Source: an uncultured Nitrososphaerota archaeon
GTDB lineage: Archaea; Thermoproteota; Nitrososphaeria; Conexivisphaerales; DTJL01
Assembly (NCBI GenBank): GCA_963842885.1
Contig: CAWJIE010000003.1
Span: 288,001-352,000 of the forward strand
DNA: 64,000 bases
Direction: 5' to 3'
Shown here piece after piece: positions 9,871-19,024 of this stretch. Below the pieces are notes generated by a model. That model was not told the DNA's origin. It ran no database searches and saw only the letters and a program-made list of their open reading frames with translations. Numbering within the stretch: the first letter of the stretch is position 1; every line of letters starts with the position of its first letter. The position numbers and the translations under genes are program-made.

Positions 9871-10224
9871 ATGAGAGAGGACAAGAGGAGGGCAGAAGAG
9901 GAATTGTACAGGCTACAGGCTGAATTCTGCAAGGGGATGGCTCACCCAAAGAGGATACTCATCCTCAATGTGTTGAAGGAAGGGGAGAAGAGCGTAAATG
10001 AGCTGTCTGAGGCGACCGGCATCCCTCAAGCCAACCTATCCCAGCATCTGAGCCTCCTCAGAAAGCTCGGCCTCTTGGACACCCGCAGGGACGGGGCGAG
10101 CATCTACTACAGCATCGCGGACAAGAGGATAGTGGAGGCCTGCACCCTCGTCCGCGAGGCAATCGGGCAGAGGCTGCGCAGGGACAGGCGGGCCCTAGAA
10201 GCGGCGGGAGAGGATTTGCAGTAG
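9871..10224 (+). CDS. ArsR/SmtB family transcriptional regulator
   Basis: AEFCKGMAHPKRILIL...SVNEL...QANLSQHL...IYYSI. Confidence 0.9.
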   Translation: MREDKRRAEEELYRLQAEFCKGMAHPKRILILNVLKEGEKSVNELSEATGIPQANLSQHLSLLRKLGLLDTRRDGASIYYSIADKRIVEACTLVREAIGQRLRRDRRALEAAGEDLQ

Positions 10225-10231
10225 TCGAGGC

Positions 10232-10545
10232 TTAGTCTCCATGGTGCTCATGGTAGTGCCCCACGGGCATCATGGAGCCGCAGGCCCTCTAGACCACCTC
10301 GCTCAATGAAGGGTGAATGTGCATCGCGTCGTTGATAAGATCGAAGCTGCGATCGTCTGTGTACATAGCGTTTATTACTTCCTGGATAAGGATCGAAGCC
10401 TCGGGGCCGACGATGTGGGCACCCAGTATTTGACGGTTGGACCCGTCGACTACCACCTTCACGAAGTACTCCTTTGCGTTCATGGCTTCGCCCTTTGCCG
10501 TGTCCTCGTATCTATAGAACCCGACGTAGCGGTGCGGAATATGAA
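10232..10545 (-). pseudogene. C-terminal remnant of dihydrolipoamide dehydrogenase/pyridine nucleotide-disulfide reductase
   Basis: YEDTAKG...FVKVVVD...ILGAHIVGPEASILIQE...HIHPSLSEVV*RA; only the dimerisation domain remains, with an internal TAG. Confidence 0.75.
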
Positions 10546-10602
10546 AAGGGTTTGTCCATTTTGGAGGCCGGAAAGGCACCTACTCATACGTGAGTGTCTA
10601 TG

Positions 10603-10723
10603 TGGCGCCGGGAGAGGGATTTGAACCCTCGAGGCCATTGCTGGCCACAGGCTTCCTGACCTGAGGGCTCCAGGCGTGGGCTTCCTCGCGGAACTGCCCC
10701 CTACCAGGCTAGGGTACCCCGGC
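10603..10723 (-). tRNA. tRNA-Ser(GGA) with two introns (29/30: 10676-10693; 37/38: 10654-10667), CCA encoded
   Basis: GCCGGGG acceptor, long variable arm GGCCAGCAATGGCC, GGTTCAAATCC T-arm; removing the two BHB-flanked inserts restores CAGGC-CTGGAGA-GCCTG. Confidence 0.85.
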
Positions 10724-10777
10724 TCAGCTTCCTAGTGAAAATCCGGGAGTTAAAAAACGTGCTTCTGCAGTGACGTG

Positions 10778-11794
10778 CTAGGGCGACCCTTCGGTCACGG
10801 CTGGGGGCGACGTCTTCCAGGCCTTCGGATAGGTTTCGGCGGGCATGACGACCCTGTCAAGGACGCAGGCTACACCCTTTTCGGCCTCGTAGATCTCGTC
10901 GAACGACATCTTTGTTGTGGCCAGTGCGACTATCTCTCCCTTCTGTGAGTACACGGCGACGGTTTCATCCCTGGCCAGGCTGCCCGAAGCCCTGGCGATC
11001 CCGGGGACCGTGAGTGCGGCGCCGTGGCAGAGGGCGTCCACCGCCGAGTCCTTAACCACTACGGACTTGATATGGGTGAGCGCGCACTCGACGGGCCACA
11101 CGCAGGTGCGGAGGAGGCCTTCGTCGCCGTTCTCCTTGTACAGCGAAACTGCCAGCGCCAGCTCGTGGAGCCTGACGAGGCCTCTTTCCTCGGTGAGGTC
11201 GCTCACCTTCGTCCTGCGGAGCTCTATCATCGAGGCCCCCACGCCCAAGACCTCGCCCATATCGTAGATGAGCTTCCGTACGTAGGTGCCGGCCTGGCAG
11301 AGGACCCTGAGTAGCACGATGTTGCCGTCCCTTTCTACGGCCTCGAGCCCGTAGATGGTCCTAATCCTCCGAACCCTCTTTACGCTCGAGCGCTCGGGAG
11401 GCTTCTGGTAGATGTCGCCGGCGAATTCCCTCAGGACGGACGCGAGTTCCGCCTCTCCCACGGGATTGTGGAGCCGCATCACGGCATAGTACTGCTTGGG
11501 GCCGATGAGCAGCGTGGAAAGGGCCTTGGTGCCGTCGCCCAGCGCGATGGGCAGGAGGCCGGTGGCCGGTGGATCGAGTGTGCCGCTGTGGCCTGCCCTC
11601 TTGGCGTCAAGCATCTGTCTCACCCAGGCCACCACCTGGCTACTCGTCTGGCCCGCCGGCTTGTCTAGAGGTATGATGCAGAAGTTCAACAGATCGGGGA
11701 TAGGCCTCTGGTCAGGAAAATGGCCGTATTCCCCCTCGGAATCCTCCGCAACGAGCTCGAGGCTCTTGAAGATGGACTGTCTGAGGGCACTCAT
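10778..11794 (-). CDS. cbf5: H/ACA pseudouridine synthase Cbf5 (TruB family)
   Basis: LDKPAG, GHSGTLDP, IYQKPPERSSVKR, CQAGTYVRKL, PUA domain. Confidence 0.95.
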   Translation of the reverse strand: MSALRQSIFKSLELVAEDSEGEYGHFPDQRPIPDLLNFCIIPLDKPAGQTSSQVVAWVRQMLDAKRAGHSGTLDPPATGLLPIALGDGTKALSTLLIGPKQYYAVMRLHNPVGEAELASVLREFAGDIYQKPPERSSVKRVRRIRTIYGLEAVERDGNIVLLRVLCQAGTYVRKLIYDMGEVLGVGASMIELRRTKVSDLTEERGLVRLHELALAVSLYKENGDEGLLRTCVWPVECALTHIKSVVVKDSAVDALCHGAALTVPGIARASGSLARDETVAVYSQKGEIVALATTKMSFDEIYEAEKGVACVLDRVVMPAETYPKAWKTSPPAVTEGSP

Positions 11795-11805
11795 CCATGC
11801 CCACA

Positions 11806-12366
11806 CTACTGCGGTATTAGCTCGGCGTATAGCTTCACCACGTTGCTCACCTTGTCGGCCTCTATGCGTTCCGTGTCGAGGACGAGGTGGAAGACGGAAA
11901 GGTCCTTGTCGAACTCGTACCCGTAGAGCTTCCTGTAGAGCTCAGCGTTCTGCGTATCGCGGACGTTCACGACCTTGACGGCCTGTTCGAAGGTCAGGTT
12001 ATCCCTCCTGGCCATCCTCTCGGCGCGAATCTTCTTCGACCCCTTGAGCCATACCTTGATCCCCTCCTTGCAGATCCATGGAAGAGCGTAGCTGGTTATC
12101 ACGTAGCCGCCCTTCTCGGCCAGCTTCTCCAGTCGTTTGTCCACTTCCAAATCGTACTTGGAATCCCTGCTCCTCTCTTGGAGGAACTCCCTTCCGGAAG
12201 GGGTATCCCACCAGTCCTCGCCGCCGACTTCGTAGCCCTGCTCTGCGGCCAGCTCCTTCAGGAGGTCCCCTCCGGAGACATACTTCAGTGGGAGCTGGGA
12301 GGCCAGCATCCTGGCCACCGTCGTCTTTCCGACGGCGGGAGGGCCGGAGAGCACAACGGTGTCCAT
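11806..12366 (-). CDS. cmk: Cytidylate kinase
   Basis: SGPPAVGKTT P-loop, YVSGG; conserved position after adk/DUF106. Confidence 0.88.
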   Translation of the reverse strand: MDTVVLSGPPAVGKTTVARMLASQLPLKYVSGGDLLKELAAEQGYEVGGEDWWDTPSGREFLQERSRDSKYDLEVDKRLEKLAEKGGYVITSYALPWICKEGIKVWLKGSKKIRAERMARRDNLTFEQAVKVVNVRDTQNAELYRKLYGYEFDKDLSVFHLVLDTERIEADKVSNVVKLYAELIPQ

Positions 12367-12376
12367 AGAACAAGAC

Positions 12377-12868
12377 CTACGGATTGGTGCCCATCGCGCG
12401 GGCGATGATGAGGTTCGAGACGAACGACACTACGAAGTACCACGTGATGAAGTTCATAAGAGCGAAATTGGAAACCGTGACGGCCTTGATGTAGTTAAAG
12501 AAGTTGAAAGCGTAAGGTGAGACGGCCACGTGGGTGTTGTAGCCTATGACGATTCCGAGGAGCGTGAGGACAGCCAGAAGTGGTATGGTGAAATACAGGC
12601 TCACCTTCAACCTCACGGAGGAGGTCTTCAGCATCTTATCCTGAGCCACCTTCTGCTTCTTCTTCGCCTTATCTATCCTACCCTGGTCGCCCGACTTGAG
12701 AGCCTCGCGGTATTCCTTCATGGCCTCGTTGGATTCGATTCTGACGAGCCTCTCAGCCTTGACGTCCACCTTCATCTTGGTTACGATGTTGGTAATCAAG
12801 CTCAGGGCGACGGAGACACCCAAGATGAGTAGGGTAACAGTCGGAATGCTCTGGAACCATGCCACCAA
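12377..12868 (-). CDS. DUF106 / EMC3-TMCO1 (Oxa1 superfamily) membrane protein
   Basis: TM - coiled coil - TM - TWYF; position between adk and cmk. Confidence 0.8.
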   Translation of the reverse strand: MVAWFQSIPTVTLLILGVSVALSLITNIVTKMKVDVKAERLVRIESNEAMKEYREALKSGDQGRIDKAKKKQKVAQDKMLKTSSVRLKVSLYFTIPLLAVLTLLGIVIGYNTHVAVSPYAFNFFNYIKAVTVSNFALMNFITWYFVVSFVSNLIIARAMGTNP

Positions 12869-12887
12869 ATCTCAATTCAACCTCCAG

Positions 12888-13472
12888 TCATGGACGCAGG
12901 TTGAGGGAACTCACCAGGTCCTCGACTGCTTCGTTCGAGCGGTTTTCCCTGTTATTAACTATTGTCATCGTAGCCCCCGTCGTGGCCGCAGCCACGACTA
13001 GGAACTCCTTAGAGAGCGAAAGCTCTTCCTCCACTTCGGCTTCGCTTTCGGGGTCACGTTGTCGTGAGCCGTTCTTCAGGCGGCGGCCTATTATCTCCTT
13101 GACGGGGGCCTGGACCAAGACCAACTGGGAGGGCGAAAGGAGCTGCAGCACGTCTAGGGGTAGGCCGGGAAAGTAGCCTTCAGCTGTCTTTATGAAGAAA
13201 TGAGTGTCGACGAAGACCAGCTCGTTCTTAAGCTCAGAGATCCGCTGGGCCGCCTTCGATTGGAGAGTCTTCTGCTCCTTCAAGGGGAGCTTCCTCATCT
13301 GGTCCCTGTCGGTGATGCCCAGCTTCCTGGCTTCATCGAGCATGAAAGAGCCCAGGGTTACCACGACAGCGTCATGGCCCTTCTTCTTGAGCTTCTCCAC
13401 CGCCATTGTGATGACCGTCGTCTTGCCGACGCCGGGCAGACCTCCGGCCACGATTCGCCTACGTTCTGGCAA
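12888..13472 (-). CDS. adkA: Adenylate kinase (archaeal type)
   Basis: GLPGVGKTT, DRDQMRKL, VDTH, GYFPGLP. Confidence 0.93.
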   Translation of the reverse strand: MPERRRIVAGGLPGVGKTTVITMAVEKLKKKGHDAVVVTLGSFMLDEARKLGITDRDQMRKLPLKEQKTLQSKAAQRISELKNELVFVDTHFFIKTAEGYFPGLPLDVLQLLSPSQLVLVQAPVKEIIGRRLKNGSRQRDPESEAEVEEELSLSKEFLVVAAATTGATMTIVNNRENRSNEAVEDLVSSLNLRP

Positions 13473-14880
13473 TGAGGCCACCCAACCGAGGCATCAGGCT
13501 TTCGACCTGCTCCTTGAGCAGCATCTGGTAGTATTGGAGTATGATGTCTATCATCAGCAAAAGGCCTATGCCCGAGCCAAACACGCCTAGGATGTCCGAT
13601 ACACTGGCTAGTAGGCCGACTATGATGCCTCCGAGGACCGTCACGGCAGGGATGTACTTCTGCAGTACGACCTTCACTGTGGAAGTGGTGCTCCTGAATC
13701 CGGGGACCTGCACTTGGGCGTCGAGCAGGCTCTTGGCTGCCTTATCCGCCGACATCCCTCCCAACTCTACCCACAGCTTAGCGAAGAGGACGCTCATCAC
13801 GACCCAGAACACGATGTATGTAAGGCACCGAATCGGGTCGGCGGCGGCGGCCGAAAGGGATCCTGGCGACGACAGGTAATAAAGCAATCCGCCATGCAGC
13901 TGAGGACCCGTCTGGTCCAGCGTCGAGTTGGCGGGAACATAATAGGCGATGGAGTTGATGAGCCCGCTCGTGCCCTGGGCGTTGAAGCGCGAATACAGCA
14001 GAAGCGAGAAGAACTGGAAGTTGGCGATGAGTGCCCCCACGAGGATGACGGGTATGTTCGAGACATAGAGCAGCTTGATCGGGTAGACCCCGGCGAAGCC
14101 CTTATACTTCGTGGAAGTCACGGGCACTTCGATCCTGACGCCTTCAAGGTAGACTATCACCAAGAGCACACCCACCGTAGCCACGAGGGCGATCAAGCCA
14201 GGATAGCTCCCCCTGTACAGCAAGCTGGAATAGTCTCCGTGTAGCGTGGAGTTGATCAGGAACGGGAAGAAGCCGTAGTAGGTGGGGCTGGCGATGGGGC
14301 TGAAGAGATCCAACATGAACCTCAAGGCGACGCCGGCACAGATGAAGAGTGAGATGCCGCTGCCAATCCCCCAGCCCTTCTGCACCATCTGGTCCAACAG
14401 GAAGACCATGATGCTGGCACCTATCAGCTGAATCACTACTATGATGGTCGTGGTGAGACCAAGGTTGGCTCCGAGGTAGCCACTGAAGACGTAGAGGGCG
14501 GCCTCGCCTATTATGAATATGAAGGTGAACACCTTGTTGAATGCCGAGAAGACCGACCTGTCCTCCGGCTTCGAGAAGTCCAGGTGGATGAGCTCTGACC
14601 CGACAAGCAGCTGAGAGATTAGGCCAGCGGTGACTATCGGGCCGATGCCCAGCTCCATGAGCGAACCCTGGGTGGAGGCAAAGATGACGCGTAGGGCCGT
14701 TGGAGATGAGTTCTGGCCGACGGCCGCAATCCCATAGAGCGGGACCTCGGACATGACCAGGAACATGACGAGCGCGATGGCCGTCCAGATGAACTTCTCG
14801 TTCAGCGAAGGCTGACGTGTAGGCTTGGGGACTTCAGGAAGGATTGATGCCGCACCCTTTATGACGTCCCCAACGGCCAA
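13459..14880 (-). CDS. secY: Protein translocase subunit SecY
   Basis: GSLMELGIGPIVTA, KGWGIGSGISLFI, YPIKLLYVSNIP, GSGIGLLL. Confidence 0.97.
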   Translation of the reverse strand: MAVGDVIKGAASILPEVPKPTRQPSLNEKFIWTAIALVMFLVMSEVPLYGIAAVGQNSSPTALRVIFASTQGSLMELGIGPIVTAGLISQLLVGSELIHLDFSKPEDRSVFSAFNKVFTFIFIIGEAALYVFSGYLGANLGLTTTIIVVIQLIGASIMVFLLDQMVQKGWGIGSGISLFICAGVALRFMLDLFSPIASPTYYGFFPFLINSTLHGDYSSLLYRGSYPGLIALVATVGVLLVIVYLEGVRIEVPVTSTKYKGFAGVYPIKLLYVSNIPVILVGALIANFQFFSLLLYSRFNAQGTSGLINSIAYYVPANSTLDQTGPQLHGGLLYYLSSPGSLSAAAADPIRCLTYIVFWVVMSVLFAKLWVELGGMSADKAAKSLLDAQVQVPGFRSTTSTVKVVLQKYIPAVTVLGGIIVGLLASVSDILGVFGSGIGLLLMIDIILQYYQMLLKEQVESLMPRLGGLIART

Positions 14881-14887
14881 GGCTCAG

Positions 14888-15316
14888 CTAAGCCTCCTGC
14901 ATCTTCCCGCCAGCGCCTTCCAACTTGGCCTTTGCCTGTTTGGTGTACCGGGGCACGTTGACCAGATATGCAGCACTTACGTCCCCGCCGCCCAAGAGCT
15001 TGTCGATGCCCAGCCTGGTCAGGTCCAAACGAGGAAGCCCTTCGATCTCTTCCACTTTCGCCTTCTCAGAAAGCTTCGAGTAGAGCACGTCAAGGTCGCC
15101 GACGCTGATCCAGGAATATGTGTGGACCGTCGTGGGGTTCACGAAGCCATGCACCCCGAAGTAGTCGGGGTCGTAGGTGGTGACCCAGCTCCACTTATAC
15201 TTGTGCAACCCGGCATGCCCCCTGCCTCCGGGATGCCTCCGGTGTTGGCTTATCTGACCGTAGCCAACCGTCCGGGTGCCTCTCATCCTTCTATGCTTTC
15301 GCTGCCTGGTGGGCAT
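14888..15316 (-). CDS. rpl15: 50S ribosomal protein L15
   Basis: RGTRTVGYG...GGRGHAG...YFGVHGF...KLLGGG. Confidence 0.95.
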   Translation of the reverse strand: MPTRQRKHRRMRGTRTVGYGQISQHRRHPGGRGHAGLHKYKWSWVTTYDPDYFGVHGFVNPTTVHTYSWISVGDLDVLYSKLSEKAKVEEIEGLPRLDLTRLGIDKLLGGGDVSAAYLVNVPRYTKQAKAKLEGAGGKMQEA

Positions 15317-15342
15317 TCAACAAACACCTTATCGCCATATTC

Positions 15343-15808
15343 TTAAATCATTCGCTCCACGAGCTTCGGGAGCTCCGGGTTCTCCGCGAGCATGCCGCCA
15401 GCCCCGTAGTGCTTGATCGTGCTCCTCTTGAAACCCTTCAGCGGCGGATGAAGCCGGAAGAAGGGCTTAAGACCTTCGAGATGTCTGAGGTCGACGGAGC
15501 CGTCAGCCACTTTCGCCGCCAGTTCATCCAAATCCTTGAACCCCCTCGCCTTGAGCCAGTCGGCGTCTATGCGTTTGGCGCCCTGGAGCTCTCCACGCGC
15601 TTTCAGTATAGACGCTATCACACCCTGATCGACCTCGCTCCACGCAACGAAAGCCGCGGCCTTCCTCAGTAGGCCGATATAGTCGTCGGTGGACGGAACG
15701 ATGGTAGCCGCGTAGCGCCTCAACAGGCCCAGTCTCTCGAGGGAGGCAGCCACATCATGAGTACATGTTCACCGTCCCCCGAAGCCTAATCACCAAGAGT
15801 TGTGCCAA
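15343..15808 (-). CDS. rpl30: 50S ribosomal protein L30; frameshift near 15765
   Basis: LLVIRLRGTVN then ...LKPFFRLHPPLKGFK...LVERMI. Confidence 0.92.
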
Positions 15809-15819
15809 ATGCGATACAC

Positions 15820-16467
15820 CTACACGTTGAGAAGCTTGTACATCCCCAGGAATGCGTCATAGAGAGCGCCACTGATGGAGCTCACCGTGCTGGTGTTGCC
15901 GAAGGTCTGAGTCCATGCGTCCTTGATCCCAGCGAGGCTCAAGAGGTTCTTCAGCTTCTCTCCTGCCACCAACCCAAGGCCTCTGGGACCCGGTATGATG
16001 ACGACGGAGACGCTCCCGCTCTTCCCCTCCAGCCTGAACGGCACCGAATGAGGAGTCCCGCATCGGCACTCCCAGCTGCCGCAGCCCTGGACGACGGGCA
16101 CTATGTTGAGGAGGGCGACGTCGGTGGCCTTGTCTATTGCGAGGCGCATCTGGGGCGCCTTCGCATGGCCCACGCCGAACCAACCGGCATCGTCCCCGAC
16201 GGCGACGACGGCCCTGAACCTCGTGAGTTCGCCGGCGTCTGTCTGCTTCTGGACGATTCCGACGCCCACCACGTAGGTCTTCAGGTTGGGGAGCAGGGCG
16301 CGGACTATCTCCGCCTCCTTGATCCTCCAGCCGTTCTCGAATATCTCCATGAGGGTCGTGACCTTCCCTTCGGCCACTTCGACGCCCAGCTTGGTCTTGG
16401 GCATCCAGGGAGCTTCCTCCCTGTCGTCTCTGGGCCTCCTCTGGCCTCTGCCTCGGTTGTAACTCAT
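15820..16467 (-). CDS. rps5: 30S ribosomal protein S5
   Basis: WMPKTKLG...VQKQTDAGELTRF...GCGSWECRCG...GPRGLGLV. Confidence 0.96.
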   Translation of the reverse strand: MSYNRGRGQRRPRDDREEAPWMPKTKLGVEVAEGKVTTLMEIFENGWRIKEAEIVRALLPNLKTYVVGVGIVQKQTDAGELTRFRAVVAVGDDAGWFGVGHAKAPQMRLAIDKATDVALLNIVPVVQGCGSWECRCGTPHSVPFRLEGKSGSVSVVIIPGPRGLGLVAGEKLKNLLSLAGIKDAWTQTFGNTSTVSSISGALYDAFLGMYKLLNV

Positions 16468-17060
16468 TTCTCTGCTTTCACCTTCAATATCTTCGCCTTG
16501 GCCGCCTCGAAGTGCTGAGTAAGTTCCTCTGGCTTCACTCCGGCCTTCAGGAGGCTGGAGAACCTGGCCGCGTATCGATCGGGGTCCGTCTCCTTGAGCT
16601 TGGCCGCGAACTCGGCCACATGTTTGCCCGAGACCCTGTCAGCCTTGGGGAGCGACTCCTCCCCGACGGGGAGCTTGAAGCCAGCGTCCACTATGCCCTT
16701 GACGGCGGCGGCCGTCCGGCCGCCCGCGTGGTACGCCCTGACGTTCGTGTAGAGTATGGCGTCCTTCACGCCTGCAGCCTGGGCCTTCGCACCTAGGAGG
16801 AGGCCCGTCAAGTAGGCACCGGGGATGCTGCGACGGGACGACTTCCAGCCGTAGTCAAGGAGCTCCCTCGAGTTGACGGACGCGAGCACTCTGTCTCCAC
16901 TAAGACGGGGACTCAAAATCTGTATCGAAGTGTTCTTCCCTGAGACGAAGACATACAAGAGAGGCCTCTTGGAAAGCACGGCCTTCCTCCTCCTCCCGTA
17001 GTTCGTCTTCCCTTCCCTGCGGCGCCTGAACAGCGCAATGTACTTCGCCTGCTTGACCAA
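16464..17060 (-). CDS. rpl18: 50S ribosomal protein L18
   Basis: FRRRREGKTNYGRR...AYLTGLL...RVSGKHV. Confidence 0.95.
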   Translation of the reverse strand: MVKQAKYIALFRRRREGKTNYGRRRKAVLSKRPLLYVFVSGKNTSIQILSPRLSGDRVLASVNSRELLDYGWKSSRRSIPGAYLTGLLLGAKAQAAGVKDAILYTNVRAYHAGGRTAAAVKGIVDAGFKLPVGEESLPKADRVSGKHVAEFAAKLKETDPDRYAARFSSLLKAGVKPEELTQHFEAAKAKILKVKAEK

Positions 17061-17066
17061 CCTCTA

Positions 17067-17513
17067 TCACCTAGACCTCGATTCGGCTATCAGCTCTCTC
17101 ATCCTTCTCATGGACCTGATCTCTCCGCCCTTGACCTTCTTGTAGAGCGTCTTCAGCTGGTCCGGCGGCAGCTCCCCTCGCTGCTTCAAGTGCTTCAGGT
17201 ATCCTCTGAGGACTCGGACCTGAGTGACCCAGCGATCCTTGCGCGGCATGCGGGCCCCCTTGGCACCCTTCTTGGATCCGGCGCCTCTCCCCCTGAGGCG
17301 TTTCTTCTCCTTCCGGAGGTTCTTCCTGCCCGAGGAGATGCCCTTGGCCTGCACGGCCCAGATGGCGCCGCTGTGGATGAGGCGACGCAAGTCATCGCGC
17401 GTGACGGCTTCTTCGATCCTGTCGAGCTGCTCTGGGTCGAACTTCACTCGGTTGAGACCCGCCTTGAGCAGGTCGGCGGACATCCGGCGTTTACTTTGAT
17501 TCAACCTTGCCAA
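17067..17513 (-). CDS. rpl19e: 50S ribosomal protein L19e
   Basis: KRRMSADLLKAG...RVKFDP...GRGAGSKKGAKGAR...KVKGG. Confidence 0.95.
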   Translation of the reverse strand: MARLNQSKRRMSADLLKAGLNRVKFDPEQLDRIEEAVTRDDLRRLIHSGAIWAVQAKGISSGRKNLRKEKKRLRGRGAGSKKGAKGARMPRKDRWVTQVRVLRGYLKHLKQRGELPPDQLKTLYKKVKGGEIRSMRRMRELIAESRSR

Positions 17514-17910
17514 TCCTCCTCGGGTTAAGTATCTTCAGGCCCAGCGTGACGGCCTTGTCCCGTATGGCCACCCTCTTCCTGGCCCCCACCGTCCTTGCGA
17601 TCCTGACGGCGTAGATCTTGGGGTCCACTCCGTCGAGTTCAGCGACGTTGTGAACCAGTTTCTCCAGCTTGCCCGACGGGTGAAGGCCACGGGCCGCCTT
17701 GGGCGTCCTATAGCCGATCTTGACCAGCGGCGGCCAGCCCGCCTGCTGAAGCCGCATCTTGTTGTCGATCCCCTTGGGCTTGCGCCATGTGGGGTCCAGC
17801 TTCTCGTACCGCCAGCTCTCCTGGCGCACGAACTTGGGCCTGTGCTGGGCTACCTTGGCCCTCATCTCAAGCAGTTCTTTGACGTCTTTACGCTGGCTGT
17901 TTCCTTTCAT
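17491..17910 (-). CDS. rpl32e: 50S ribosomal protein L32e
   Basis: RPKFVRQESWRY...WRKPKGIDNKMR...RGLHPSG. Confidence 0.95.
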   Translation of the reverse strand: MKGNSQRKDVKELLEMRAKVAQHRPKFVRQESWRYEKLDPTWRKPKGIDNKMRLQQAGWPPLVKIGYRTPKAARGLHPSGKLEKLVHNVAELDGVDPKIYAVRIARTVGARKRVAIRDKAVTLGLKILNPRRIGKVESK

Positions 17911-18436
17911 AGATATACACTCCGTCAAGGAATATCCTGACGTCCTTGTCCTTCACCCTAGTGGCAGATTCGATGTTGGCCGCGGTCTGGCTGACCTCCT
18001 CGATGCTGGGACCTACGACCACAACGTCGTCGCCCTCGGGCGTAACCTTCGTCTGCTTGCCGACTATCTTGGCGATGCGCGGAAACCTCTCACCGTAGAA
18101 GTTCTCGACGTGCACTTCAGGGCCCTTGACCTTGATGGTGATGGGGAAGTGGGCGTACACTACCTTCAGCTTGTACTTGAACCCCTGCGTTACACCCTTT
18201 ATCATGTTGTTGATGTGACTCTGACAGGTGTTGAGGATGGCGTGGTCGCTGCGCCTTGACCCGAAGGTCGTGAACACTACTTCTTTGCCCGAAGCCTTGA
18301 CCCCGATGGGCACCTTCGCGAAGTCCCTCGAGACTTCGCCCATGGGGCCCTTGATGGTGAGAACGTTGTCCTCAAACTTGGCCGAAACCTTCTCGGGCAG
18401 TGCGATCTTCGTCGTCTCCTTGTCCTTGCTGGTCAT
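17888..18436 (-). CDS. rpl6: 50S ribosomal protein L6
   Basis: KGPMG...HINNMIKGVTQGF...YAHFP...VSQTAANIE...FLDGVY. Confidence 0.96.
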   Translation of the reverse strand: MTSKDKETTKIALPEKVSAKFEDNVLTIKGPMGEVSRDFAKVPIGVKASGKEVVFTTFGSRRSDHAILNTCQSHINNMIKGVTQGFKYKLKVVYAHFPITIKVKGPEVHVENFYGERFPRIAKIVGKQTKVTPEGDDVVVVGPSIEEVSQTAANIESATRVKDKDVRIFLDGVYIYERKQPA

Positions 18437-18451
18437 GTAACTTACTTCTCC

Positions 18452-18844
18452 CTAGTAGACGTACCCCAGGAGGCGCCCTCCTAGACCCTTCTGGACCGCG
18501 TCGTTATGGTTCATCACGCCTTGGCTGGTGGAGACCACCAGGATGCCCACGCTGACGGCTGGAAGGAAGCGCCTCTCCCAACTGTAGAAGGCATCTGACT
18601 TGACCGGATAGCGAGGAGTGATGACACCGCACTTGTTTATCCTTCCGAGGAGCTGAATCCTGAGCTTCCCGGTGATCCCGTCGTCGATGAATTCGAATTC
18701 GCCGATATACTTGGCCTTCTGCATGACCCTCAGGACCTCCTGCGCGAGCTTGGAGGCGGGGATGACCAAGCACTCCTTCTTGTTCCTGAGCTCGTTGTTG
18801 TACATGGTGGTGAACAGGTTAGCGAGGACGTTAGTGGCTGGCAA
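18452..18844 (-). CDS. rps8: 30S ribosomal protein S8
   Basis: PASKL...YIGEFEFIDDG...GRINKCG...STSQGVM...GGRLLGYVY. Confidence 0.96.
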   Translation of the reverse strand: MPATNVLANLFTTMYNNELRNKKECLVIPASKLAQEVLRVMQKAKYIGEFEFIDDGITGKLRIQLLGRINKCGVITPRYPVKSDAFYSWERRFLPAVSVGILVVSTSQGVMNHNDAVQKGLGGRLLGYVY

Positions 18845-18850
18845 TCTCAA

Positions 18851-19015
18851 TCACTCGTATTTCTTGAACCCCATCTTGGGCGCGACTTCCCTGAAACATT
18901 GTCTGCACAGCATGAGCCCGTACTTCTGAATGACGGGGCCGTACTGGCCGCACCTGCGGCACGGACGGGATCCCTTGCCGAACTTCCTCGGTTTCCCGTG
19001 TCGCTCCTTTGGCAT
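18851..19015 (-). CDS. rps14: 30S ribosomal protein S14 (zinc-binding)
   Basis: Manual translation [54 protein letters not shown]. Confidence 0.95.
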   Translation of the reverse strand: MPKERHGKPRKFGKGSRPCRRCGQYGPVIQKYGLMLCRQCFREVAPKMGFKKYE

Positions 19016-19024
19016 ATCTGAATA

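Noticed and set aside
10289-10291. In-frame TAG codons (also near 6346 and 28425) as pyrrolysine or stop-codon recoding
   Set aside because: All lie in truncated remnants, TAG is used as a normal stop by many intact genes here, and no pyl genes are visible
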